The notes under the pieces are model-generated. The model was given only the letters and a program-made list of their open reading frames with translations. It did no database searches and had not been told where the DNA came from. DNA of 64,000 nt, from the NCBI GenBank assembly GCA_964016885.1, contig OZ024742.1:349246001-349310000 (forward strand), given 5' to 3'. This DNA comes from Eledone cirrhosa (taxonomy: Eukaryota). Every line of letters begins with the position of its first letter. Within the stretch, counting starts at the first letter, position 1. Made by a program: the position numbers and the translations under genes. Shown piece after piece: positions 1 through 10,758 of the stretch.

Positions 1-537
1 TATTTATTTATTTATTTATTGTTGGTTGGTTGTTTGTTCTATGTGTGTGTGTGTTTTCATTTTGTCCCGTGTGTGTTTTCATTTTGTCCTTAATTGTAAG
101 TTGTTTGTTCTATGTGTGTGTGTGTTTTCATTTTGTCCTGTGTGTGTTTTCATTTTGTCCTTAATTGTAAGTTGTGATGTTGCTGTTCCACTCATATTTT
201 CTATTTAATTTTGGTTGTAATTCTTTTATGCTTACTGCCTCTGTAATTTGCCTAAACATTGCATCTTTTCTGTGTCTGGATTCTATTTTTATTTCTATGT
301 TCTCTAATCTACCCCTGTGTTCTATCTTAGCATGTTGGTAGAGCACAGATGATTCTTTATTATCTTGAAGGTCTCGCCAGTGTTCATTTATTCGTTCCCC
401 TATACTACGAGCTGTCTCACCTATGTACACTATATTTTTGTTTCTACATTGTCCTTCAGTACATCTTATGCTATACACTACATTTCTAGTTTTACAGTTA
501 ATATGGGTGCTTATTTTACAGGTTATACATTTCTTAT
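1..537 (-). mobile_element. Inverted copy of the 3' part of a Penelope-like element (Cys linker, GIY-YIG endonuclease, start of pLTR); runs off the window start
   Basis: Reverse complement of ~1424-1959 with few differences. ORF 161-478(-) reads VYSIRC...VYIGETARSIGERINEH...SVLYQH...RQITEAVSI...LNRKYEW, i.e. the GIY-YIG motifs with the conserved R, E and N. Confidence 0.9.
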
Positions 538-957
538 TGGTTATTCTCTTTGTCCTTAGTCTCCCATCTCCTTTTCCTTTTAATCCTATTACTTTCCCTT
601 ATTTCTCTGATTTCTGTGCTACTGTCATTACTTTTTTTCTGTGTCTGTGTGTTTGTTAAGATTGTGGTGGTTAGAGGCATTGAATGCGTGTGTGTTGTTG
701 TTGTTGATGTGTGTTGTTGTTGTCTCCGTGTGTGTTATCGTTGTTGTGTGTGTTGTTATTGTTGTTTGTGTCTGCGTGTCTGTTGTTGTTGTATCTGGGT
801 ATGTTGCTATTGTTGTTGTTGTTGATGTGTGTGTTGTTGTTATTGTTGTTTGTGTCTGTGTGTCTGTTGTTGTTGGGATGTGTGTTGTATATGTGTGTGC
901 GTATATTGTTGCTTTTGTTTTTGATGCTCCAGCGTAGTTTTGTAAATGATTTTACAT
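538..957 (-). pseudogene. Probable N-terminal ORF fragment of a Penelope-like element, inverted, Asn/Thr-rich
   Basis: One minus frame reads VKSFTKLRWSIKNKSNNIRTHIYNTHPNNN...; further on another frame reads STEIREIRESNRIKRKRRWE. An F-x-K-L-R-W-like motif followed by a low-complexity linker is what I recall upstream of PLE RT domains. Boundaries are approximate. Confidence 0.5.
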
Positions 958-1799
958 ACCAAAATCAACATACTGATTGCGGATTTGGTACGGGTGATGA
1001 GAAATGTGTCCCGCATGTGCAACCCCGAAGAACTAGAGAGACACATACAACACTTCATCCACCGTATGCAGTTCTCTGGCTACAATCAGAGAGATAGAAT
1101 CAGAGTGTATAGAGGAGCCAGAACCAAATGGGAAAAAATGGTAAATAATGACATAAATGGGACCTGCCCCTTGTATAGGAGCAAATTTTGGAATAGAATA
1201 GAAAGAACTAGGAACAAGGCCAATAGAATAAACTCATGGTATGATAGCAATAAATACCAGAGTGTAATGTTCATCAATACAACCCCTAGAGGCGAACTAG
1301 CCTACAAATTTAGAAGGGCCCTAAATAAACATAAACTCAATATTAAGATAGTAGAAAGACCAGGTACCTCCGTAAAAACACTTATTAGCAAGACATACCC
1401 GTTCCAAAGACCCTCATGTATAGATAAGAAATGTATAACCTGTAAAATAAGCCCCCATATTAACTGTAAAACTAGAAATGTAGTGTATAGCATAAGATGT
1501 ACTGAAGGACAATGTAGAAACAAAAATATAGTGTACATAGGTGAGACAGCTCGTAGTATAGGGAACGAATAAATGAACACTGGCGAGACCTTCAAGATAA
1601 TAAAGAATCATCTGTGCTCTACCAACATGCTAAGATAGAACACAGGGGTAGATTAGAGAACATAGAAATAAAAATAGAATCCACACACAGAAAAGATGCA
1701 ATGTTTAGGCAAATTACAGAGGCAGTAAGCATAAAAGAATTACAACCAAAATTAAATAGAAAATATGAGTGGAACAGCAACATCACAACTTACAATTAA
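946..1799 (+). pseudogene. 5'-truncated Penelope-like ORF: RT thumb, CxxxxCxxC linker, GIY-YIG endonuclease; frameshifted near 1563
   Basis: ORF 946-1572 reads KINILIADLVRVMRN...RMQFSGY...FINTTPRGELA...KIVERPG...CIDKKCITC...VYSIRC...YIGETARS. It continues in ORF 1614-1799 (RQITEAVSI...LNRKYEW). The break is GGG at 1561-1563, where the inverted copy has GGGG. Confidence 0.9.
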
Positions 1800-2100
1800 G
1801 GACAAAATGAAAACACACACAGGACAAAATGAAAACACACACACACATAGAACAAACAACTTACAATTAAGGACAAAATGAAAACACACACAGGACAAAA
1901 TGAAAACACACACACACATAGAACAAACAACCAACCAACAATAAATAAATAAATAAATAAACAAATAGATAAATGAACACAAACACACACAGACACCCGG
2001 ATGTGGCACATGCGCAAACCGAGCACACAACACACACACAGAAACAAAATGGCGTAGGATAGAAGAAAAGAAAGGCACAGAAACAAAGAAAGGAATCCCC

Positions 2101-2145
2101 AGTCACTGAAGAGGTCACAGAGTGTGTGACGAAAGGACTATGACT
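2101..2145 (+). ncRNA. Minimal type-I hammerhead ribozyme motif (PLE pLTR)
   Basis: AGTCA-CTGAAGA-G-GTCAC(agagtgt)GTGAC-GAAA-ggac-TA-TGACT. Stem I (AGTCA/TGACT) and stem II are perfect and the core is CUGANGA...GAAA...UH, with one extra G after A9. Confidence 0.75.
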
Positions 2146-2326
2146 ATATATAAACAACTATCTGGTTGTGGAACCAACCAACCAACCAACCAGAAATTGA
2201 TAAGTTTGTAGATTTGTAAATTTATAAATTTATAAATATATAATAAATTGAAGTGAAAGAAACTGGTGCGTGTGTTTCTTATTGGCAACATGACCCTCCC
2301 AAAGTATAACAATACTTATATTTGCA

Positions 2327-2459
<133 letters not shown>

Positions 2460-2940
2460 CACACACACAGACATACACACTCCCCCCCCCGCTCTCTCTC
2501 TCTGACACACACACTCACACACATATATATATATACACACACCAGTCCCTATGTGTCTATGTATATATATTTGTATATAATGTATTGTTTCAAATAAATG
2601 GACTGTAATTCCACAATTGATGTGGCAAGCATTTAGAATATTTCAGTTCAGCGTTCAAGAGAGAGTTCTCATGTTTCACGTATATATTTCTCGTTTAAGT
2701 AAATCCTCGACAGATTACGAAGAGAATTTCCTACAAAAATGATTGCGAATGTATGGAAACCGATACACAAATTCTGCCCCAATTTTCCATTCCATATTTT
2801 CTGACCTGTAACATTCCTGGCCTTCTGGCAAGAATTGTAGAATTAATTGCCTCAAGTTCCATATTTCTGGTACTCCTCGAATTTTGCTTTTCCAAAGAAT
2901 ACGCCTAGTTGAATTGCAGATAAATTCTGCTTTATATATA

Positions 2941-3511
2941 CCGTATTTGTCGGCCTATTGGACGAACCCTTCGTATAAGACGCGCCCTTGTTTTACAAGG
3001 ACATTTTGAGAAAAAGAAATATTGAACATTTCTTCATAAATTTCTTAAAAATGATTTCATTGTTTTCTCAGAAACTCTTATATAAGTTCGACATTTTACT
3101 TATGTAAATTGTATTGTATTACTCTATCAGAGATACTAATACAAACTAAGTGGAGTGGTAGTATCGGTAGAGGGTCGGACGCCTTGCTTAGCAGCAAAGA
3201 GCTACGGCCCTTTATAATCTGAGTTCAAATTCCGCCGAGGTTAACTTTGCCTTTCATCCTTACGGGGTCGATAAAATAAAGTACCAGTAATGCACTGAGA
3301 TAATTGCTGTCCTTGTGCCAAAAGTAGAAACAATTATATTACTGTATTAGTAATACTAATACTAAACACAAACTGATTTATTTTAACTATGAATTTTCTC
3401 AGCCTCCGTTCGGCCTCTCGCTGGGTATACGAGTGTATTAGACGCAGGAAAGAATTTTTACGCGATTTTACTTTTTATAGAAAAGTGTTTCCAATAGGCC
3501 GGCAAATATGG
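2941..3511. mobile_element. Non-autonomous Tc1/mariner-superfamily (Tc2/pogo-type, CCGTA ends) MITE, interrupted by a SINE
   Basis: Left TIR CCGTATTTGTCGGCCTATTGGA; reverse complement of the right end is CCATATTTGCCGGCCTATTGGA (20/22 match). TA flanks both ends (2939-2940, 3512-3513). No ORF. Confidence 0.85.
3150..3338 (+). mobile_element. tRNA-derived SINE (octopod-like family), full length, inside the MITE
   Basis: A-box-like TGGTAGTATCGG, B-box GAGTTCAAATTCC, body GTTAACTTTGCCTTTCATCC..GGGGTCGATAAAATAAAGTACCAG. Four other copies in the window share this body. Confidence 0.85.
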
Positions 3512-3544
3512 TAACTTCTGAATACTAACTCCATACATACATAT

Positions 3545-3733
3545 TGGATTGGCAGTATAGGTAGAGGGTCGGACACCATGCTCTGACGCATAGAGTTACG
3601 GCCCTTGCCAATCTGAGTTCAAATCCCTCCGAGGTTAACTTTGCCTTTCATCCATACGGGGTCGATAAAATAAAGTACCAGTAATGCACTGAGTAATTGC
3701 TGGCCTTGTGCCAAAAAGTAGAAACAATTATAT
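3545..3733 (+). mobile_element. tRNA-derived SINE, same family
   Basis: TGGATTGGCAGTATAGG...GAGTTCAAATCCC...CTTTGCCTTTCATCC...AAAGTACCAG...GTAGAAACAATTAT; aligns with 3150-3338. Confidence 0.85.
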
Positions 3734-3774
3734 TTAATATCATTTCCATTAGAATATCAAGCTGATAACTCATA

Positions 3775-3959
3775 ATAGTTTCTATATTTGGCACAAGGCA
3801 ACCAATTATCCCAGTGTATTACTGGTACTTTATTTTATCGACCCCGTAAGGATGAAAGGCAAAGTTAACCTCGCTGAGATTTGAACTCAGACCATAAAGG
3901 GACGTTGCTCTTTGCTGCCAAGTATGGCGTCCGAACCTCTACCGATACTGCCAATCCAC
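3775..3959 (-). mobile_element. tRNA-derived SINE, same family, opposite orientation
   Basis: Reverse complement matches the copies above (CTGGTACTTTATTTTATCGACCCC...GATTTGAACTCAG...GATACTGCCAATCCAC). Confidence 0.85.
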
Positions 3960-4029
3960 AATGTTATTGTTATATGAACGAAATCTTAAATATATTTACT
4001 TCATAGTTTCTCACATGTCTTTGTTCTTA

Positions 4030-5365
4030 CACACACACCCACACATATATACATACACACACACACTCACAGACACAGATATACATACACACACACTCAC
4101 ACACACATATATATATACATACACACATACTCACAGACACAGAGATACATACACACATACTCACACACATATATATACAAACACACACTCACAGAGATAC
4201 ATACACACACACTCACACACACATATATATGCATACACACATACTCACAGACACAGAGATACATACACACACACTCACAGACACAGAGATACATACACAC
4301 ACACTCACAGACACAGAGATACATACACACACACTCAGACACAGAGATACATACACAAACACTCACAGACACAGAGATACATACACACACACTCACACAG
4401 ACAGAGATAGATAGATACACACACACTCACAGACACAGAGATACATACACACACGCTCACACACACAGAGATAAATACACACACACTCACAGACACAGAG
4501 ATACATACACACACACTCACACACACAGAGATAGATAGATACACACACACTCACAGACACAGAGATACATACACACACGCTCACACACACAGAGATAAAT
4601 ACACACACACTCACAGACACAGAGATACATACACACACACTCACACACACAGAGATACATACACACACACTCAGAGACACAGAGATACATACACACACAC
4701 TCACACACACATATATACATACACATGAACAACCACACATACACACTCACAGGGATACATATGTGCACATATACACAGGCACACACATATAAATACACAT
4801 GTGCACAGACACAGACATACACATACAGAACAGATACACACGCACACACACACACACAGGCAGAGACACAGGCACAGACACACACACACATATATATACA
4901 CACGTGCGCGCACACACATTCACGTACAGGCACAGAAGCACACACACACATACACAGGATATGCGTACACACACGCACACACGTACACACACAACACACA
5001 TGCATACATACACACACACACATACACGCACACAGACACTCACTATGATACACACGTACACACACGCCTACACTCACACACACAGACACACACGCACACT
5101 GACGCACATAGACACACACACTGACACACACACTGACACACACACAGACACACACATACACACAGACACACGCACACACTGACACACACACAGACACACA
5201 CACATATACAAACACTGATACACACAGACACACACACTGACACACACACACACGCTGACACACACATACAGGCACGCACACAGAAACACACACAGACACA
5301 CACACACATACACACACACTGACACACACAGACACACATACACAGACACACACACACAGACACAC
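4030..5365. repeat. Complex (CA)-rich microsatellite/minisatellite (ACACAGAGATACATACACACACACTC-type units)
   Basis: Directly visible; it produces the spurious VCVC/THTH ORFs. Confidence 0.95.
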
Positions 5366-5591
5366 GCGCCTGTGCTATAATATCTTCATTACTCTCATCT
5401 TTACCCAGGACTTAAAACATCGTTTATATTTTCTAGATAAAACTTAAGATAAAGCCCACATATATCTGGATCCCGTAACACCCGACGTTTCTAGGGCCTT
5501 TTAAGACCTGACAGAACTCATCCAGGTCTGAACACAACATATTTCTTTCTGAGGAGGATAGAGAAGGACAGAATGGAAGAGAGAAAGGAAT

Positions 5592-5762
5592 TGGTCGACC
5601 TCGAAAGAAAGAAAGGCAAAGTTGACCTCAACAGGATTTAGTCTGAAGGAGAGAGTGAGAGAATGGAAGTGAGAAAGAGGTATATAAGAAGAAACGACCC
5701 CAGTACATGACTGGTACTTTTTGGTCGACCTCGAAAGAAAGAAAGGCAAAGTTGACCTCGGT
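5592..5762 (-). mobile_element. Diverged SINE fragments with a local ~37-bp duplication
   Basis: GGTCGACCTCGAAAGAAAGAAAGGCAAAGTTGACCTC occurs twice (~5593, ~5723). The second copy is preceded by CGACCCCAGTACATGACTGGTACTTT, homologous to the SINE body. Confidence 0.65.
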
Positions 5763-5850
5763 GTGTAAGTGTGTCTGTGTATGTAAGTGTCTGTGTATGT
5801 AAGTGTATGTATATGTAAGTGTATGTATATGTAAGTGTATGTATATGTGT
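5761..5850. repeat. Short (GTATGTAAGT)-like tandem repeat
   Basis: Directly visible. Confidence 0.85.
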
Positions 5851-5977
5851 GTTATCAACTAATCCAATGAAATTGCCCTGGGACGATATAATTCATTCTA
5901 GTTCTTTGAATAGTTTTTTCATGTAACATATGTTGAAATACATTTTTATTACACAAAATACTATATCGACCACTAAC

Positions 5978-8932
5978 ATTCCCAACCCAACAGTTACTCA
6001 TCGCCACCACAACAATAGCTCATCGCCACCACATCAATTGCTCATCGCCACCACAACAATAGCTCATCGCCACCACATCAATTGCTCATCGCCACCACAA
6101 CAATAGCTCATCGCCACCACATCAATTGCTCATCGCCACCACAACAATAGCTCATCGCCAACCGAACAACTGTTCATCGCCACCACAACAACTGCTCATC
6201 GCCACCACAACAATTTCTCCTCGCCACCACAACAGTTACTCATCACCACCACAACAATAGCTCATCGCCACCACAACAACTGCTCATCGCCACCACAACA
6301 GTTACTCATCGCTACTACAACAATTGCTCATCGCCACCACAACAATTACACATCACCACAACAACTATTCATCGCCAACCCAACAGTTACTCATCACCAC
6401 CACAACAATTGCTCATCGCCACCACAACAATTGCTCTTCGCCAACCGAACAACAGCTGATCGCCACCACAACAACTGCTCATCGCCACCACAACAGTTAC
6501 TCATCGCCCCCACAATAATTGCTCATCGCCACCACAAAATTCCCCAACGCCACCAGAACAATTGCTCATCGCCACCAGAACAGTTACTCATCGCCACCAC
6601 AAAAATTGCTCATCACCACTACAGCAGTTACTCATCACCACCACAACAATTGCTCATCGTCACCACAATAATTGCTCATCGCCACCACAAAAATTGCTCA
6701 TTCCCAACCCAACAGTTACCCATCGCCACCACAACAATTGGTCATCGCCACTACAACAATTACTCATCGCCACCACACCAATTGCTCTTCACATCCACAA
6801 CAATAACTGATCGTCACCAGAACAATTGCTCATCGCCACCAAAACAATTGATCATCGTCACCACAACAATTGCTCATCGCCACCACAAGAGTTACTCATC
6901 GCCACCACAACAATTACTCATCACCACCATAACAATTACTCATCGCAACCACAACACTTACTCATCACCACCACAATAATTGTTCATCGCCACAACAACA
7001 ATTGCTCATTCCCAACCTATCAGTTACCCATCGCCACCACAACAATTGGTCATCGCCAACCGAACAATTGCTCATCGCCACCACAACAATTGCTCATCGC
7101 CACCACAACAATTACTCATCGCCACTACAACAATTACTCATCGCCACCACAACAATTGCTCTTCACATCCACAACAATTACTGATCGTCACCAGAACAAT
7201 TGCTCATCGTCACCACAACAATTGCTCATCGCCACCACAACAATTGCTCATCGCCACCACAACAATTGCTCATTTCCAACACAACAGTTACCCATCGCCA
7301 CCACAACAATTGGTCATCGCCAACCGAACAATTGCTCATCGCCACTACAACAATTGCTCATCGCCACCACAACAATTGCTCATCGCCACCACAACAATTA
7401 CTCATCGCCACCACAACAATTGCTCTTCACATCCACAACAATTACTGATCGTCACCACAGCAATTGCTCATCGCCACCACAAGAGTTACTCATCGCGACG
7501 ACAACAATTGCTCATCGCCACCACAACAATTGCTCATCGCCACCACAACAATTACTCATCGCCACCACAACACTTACTCATCACCACCACAACAATTGCT
7601 CATCACCACCACAATAATTGTTCATCGCCACCACAACAATTGCTCATTCCCAACCCATCAGTTACCCATCGCCACCACAACAATAGCTCATTCCAACCGA
7701 ACAACTGCTCATCGCCACCACAACAATTGCTCATCGCCACCACAACAGTTACTCATCACCACCACAACAATAGCTCATCGCCACCACAACAATTGCTCAT
7801 CGCCACCACAACAACTGCTCATCGCCACCACAACAGTTACTCATCGCTACTACAACAATTGTCATCGCCACCACAACAATAACTCTTCGCCAACCGAACA
7901 ACTGCTGATCGCCACCACAACAACTGCTCATCGCCACCACAACAGTTACTCATCGTCCCCACAAGAATTGCTCATCGCCACCACAATTGCTCATTCCCAA
8001 CCCATCAGTTACCCATCGCCACCACAACAATTGGTCATCGCCAACCGAACAATTGCTCATCGCCACCACAACAATTACTCATCGCCACCACAACAGTTAC
8101 TCATCGCCACCACAACAATTGCTCTTCACATCCACAACAATTACTGATCGTCACCAGAACAATTGCTCATCGCCACCAAAAGAATTGCTCATCGCCACCA
8201 AAACAATTGCTCATCGCCACCACAACAATTACTCATCGCCAGCACAAGAGTTACTCATCGGCACCACGACAATTGCTCATCGCCAACTGAACAATTGCTC
8301 ATCGCCACCACAACAATTACTCATCGCCAGCACAACAATTGCTCATCGCCACCACAACAATTACTCATCGCCAGCACAACAATTGCTCATCGCCACCACA
8401 AGAGTTACTCATCGGCACCACGACAATTGCTCATCGCCAACTGAACAATTGCTCATCGCCACCACAACAATTGCTCATCGTCAACCGAACAATTGCTCAT
8501 CGCCACCACAACAAATGCTCATCGCCACCACAACAATTGCTCCTCGCCACCACAACAACTGCTCATCGCCACCACAACAATAGCTCATCGCCACCACAAC
8601 AGTTACTCATCACCACCACAACAATAGCTCATCGCCAACCGAACAACTGTTCATCGCCACCACAACAAATGCTCATCGCCACCACAACAATTGCTCAATC
8701 TCAACCCAACAGTTGCTCATCACCACCACAATAATTGCTCATCGCCAATCGAACAGTTGCTCATCGCCACTCACAACAATTACTTTTCGCCACCACAACA
8801 ATTGTTCATCGCCAACCGAACAATTGCTCATCACCACCACAACAATTGCTCATCACCACCACAACAATTGCTCATCACCACCACAACAATTGCTTATCGC
8901 CACTACAACAGTTACTCATTCCCAACCCAACA
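5978..8932. repeat. 22-bp minisatellite, consensus CCACCACAACAATTGCTCATCG, about 130 copies
   Basis: Directly visible. The translated period of 22 aa across three frames (SSPPQQLLIATTTIAHRHHNNC) equals 3 x 22 nt. Confidence 0.95.
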
Positions 8933-8938
8933 GGTAAA

Positions 8939-9232
8939 ATCACCCACCCAACAGTTGAAATGGCCCACAGGCAGGCGATATCACCCACCCAACAGTTGAA
9001 ATGGCCCACAGGCAGGCGATATCACCCACCCAACAGTTGAAATGGCCCACAGGCAGGCGATATCACCCACCCAACAGGTAAAATCTCCCACAGGCAGGCG
9101 ATATCACCCACCCAACAGTTGAAATGGCCCACAGGCAGGCGATATCACCCACCCAACAGTTGAAATGGCCCACAGGCAGGCGATATCACCCACCCAACAG
9201 GTAAAATCTCCCACAGGCAGGCGATATCACCC
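8939..9232. repeat. 41-bp minisatellite ATCACCCACCCAACAGTTGAAATGGCCCACAGGCAGGCGAT, about 7 copies
   Basis: Unit starts recur at 8941 and 8982 and onward; two variant types (GTTGAAATGG vs GGTAAAATCT). Confidence 0.95.
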
Positions 9233-9721
9233 AGGTTAGGAAATTGTGTCGTAGATGGTTTTGGGTGAGGATGGTTACACAAGCTTCTATTAAGAGGAAC
9301 GTCACACGTTGTCGTAATATTAGATCATATACAGAGACTTTACCGCAAGTCAACCTGGTATTGTTCCCTCGACATCTGAGGCGCCATCATGACATACCAC
9401 ATATTACTCTATTACGTGTTCCAGCAGAGTGACTGAGGCCATGCTGGGGCACCACCATTGATGCTACACTTTCTATAGCCAGCCTTCCCTGGCTGGTCAT
9501 TGATGTAAAAGGTAGTTTGTTGCTGCTGATCTTATTTGTGCCTCATGCTGTGGGTTTATTCTGGATCTTAGCCAGTGGAATTTCAAGTGGGTCCATTCTG
9601 GATCTTAGTCAGTGGAATGTCAAGATATCTGAATAATTTAAACGAAATCTAATCACATGTATTCACTTCACAGTCATGTTCTTCCAGAAAAATAGGAATT
9701 GTGAGGGAAAGTGGAAAGGTA

Positions 9722-9770
9722 CTTGACTTCTGATGAACGGCCAAAGAGCTGTGAAACAGGTAATGGCAAG
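9722..9770 (+). ncRNA. Degenerate minimal type-I hammerhead ribozyme motif (probable solo PLE 3' relic)
   Basis: cttgactt-CTGATGA-ACGGC(caaaga)GCTGT-GAAA-cagg-TA-atggcaag. The core is intact, stem II has 5 bp (one G-U), and stem I pairs 6 of 8. Confidence 0.65.
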
Positions 9771-10081
9771 CTCTTTATCTTTTCTGTACGGAGATTATAG
9801 TAATGTCGCCTTACATTCTCTCAAGTCTTATAATCAAATCTTTTAATTTAATAGAAACTGTAATTACATCTACATTAAATTTATCTTCGGTTTATCACAC
9901 ACACACATATATACACATACACACACACATACATACACTCACACACACATATATTCACGTCACTCCCCCACTCCCTCTCTTTCTCCAACCTCTCTCTCTC
10001 TATATATATAGGAATATATATATGTATATATTTATATATGTGTGTGTATGTATGTGTGTGTGTTATGTGTGTGTGTAGATG

Positions 10082-10126
<45 letters not shown>

Positions 10127-10169
10127 GTTAAATATATCTCTATATATAAATATATAATATATATGTAGA

Positions 10170-10210
10170 TACTCTTTTACCTGTTTCAGCCATCCGGGGC
10201 ACCGCCCTTG
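10170..10210 (-). mobile_element. Short remnant of a second SINE family 3' end (related remnants at ~9417-9456 and ~17369-17409)
   Basis: TACTCTTTTACCTGTTTCAGCCAT..GGGGCACCGCC and GACTGAGGCCATGCTGGGGCACCACC overlap in sequence and resemble an octopus SINE terminus as I recall it; not verified. Confidence 0.4.
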
Positions 10211-10279
<69 letters not shown>

Positions 10280-10284
<5 letters not shown>

Positions 10285-10564
10285 AATTAAGTTAAAAATG
10301 TACATCCACATATGTATACTGAAATACTAGTATGCATATGAATACACACACGTATACATATGTAGATGTACCGAGTTTTTCACTGGTCACTTTACTGTGA
10401 GTGTCCAGCTATTCTGTATGTAAACACACAGACAAACCGGTTTTTAGAGTAAAGTGACCAGTGAAAAACTCGGTACATCTACATATGTATACGTGTGTGT
10501 ATTCATATGCATACTAGTATTTCAGTATACATATGTGGATGTACATTTTTAACTTAATTGTTTA
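10280..10564. repeat. Long inverted repeat: 117-bp arms (10280-10396 / 10448-10564) with a 51-bp spacer, adjacent to (TA)n
   Basis: TAAACAATTAAGTTAAAAATGTACATCC...CACTGGTCACTTTACT is the reverse complement of AGTAAAGTGACCAGTG...CATTTTTAACTTAATTGTTTA; I saw no mismatch by eye. Confidence 0.95.
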
Positions 10565-10687
10565 AGCGTCAGTCATACAAAAGTGAGTTACAAACGAAAC
10601 GAAATTTAATTTTGTTTCGTTATTTGTTTTTATATATATATATATATATATAATATAAGATCAAAAGATGGTTAAAAGAGTTCCACG

Positions 10688-10758
10688 TATTTTATCATGC
10701 GCATTTCAAAAACAGATATCATCATGGGATGATATTTGCGTTCTCATCAGATAAAATA
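10688..10758 (-). ncRNA. Minimal type-I hammerhead ribozyme motif with a long stem II and a non-canonical cleavage triplet
   Basis: Minus strand: TATTTTAT-CTGATGA-gaacgcaaATATCATC(ccat)GATGATATctgttttt-GAAA-tgcgca-TG-ATAAAATA. Stem I is 8 bp perfect, ATGCGCAT is palindromic, and position 17 is G. Confidence 0.75.

Larger units (their letters stand above)
946..2326 (+). mobile_element. Penelope-like retroelement, 5'-truncated, with a 3' pLTR region containing a hammerhead and ending at a (TA)n tract
   Basis: GIY-YIG ORF, short tandem 3' repeats (~1785-1930), hammerhead motif at 2101-2145, and an end abutting (TA)n at ~2327. Confidence 0.8.

Noticed and set aside
3150-3240. tRNA gene
   Set aside because: A/B boxes are present, but I could not fold a cloverleaf, and the sequence continues into a repeated SINE body.
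5470-5530. Hairpin with GAAACGTC on the minus strand, suggestive of a hammerhead
   Set aside because: There is no correctly placed CUGANGA and no consistent stem I.
6324-9040. Long overlapping ORFs (SSPPQQLLIATTTIAHRHHNNC)
   Set aside because: The 22-bp unit has no stop on the plus strand, so all frames stay open and cycle through the same peptide. This is a minisatellite artefact.
9559-9624. Short direct duplication TTCTGGATCTTAG(C/T)CAGTGGAAT(T/G)TCAAG
   Set aside because: It is a two-copy local duplication with no further structure or evident function.
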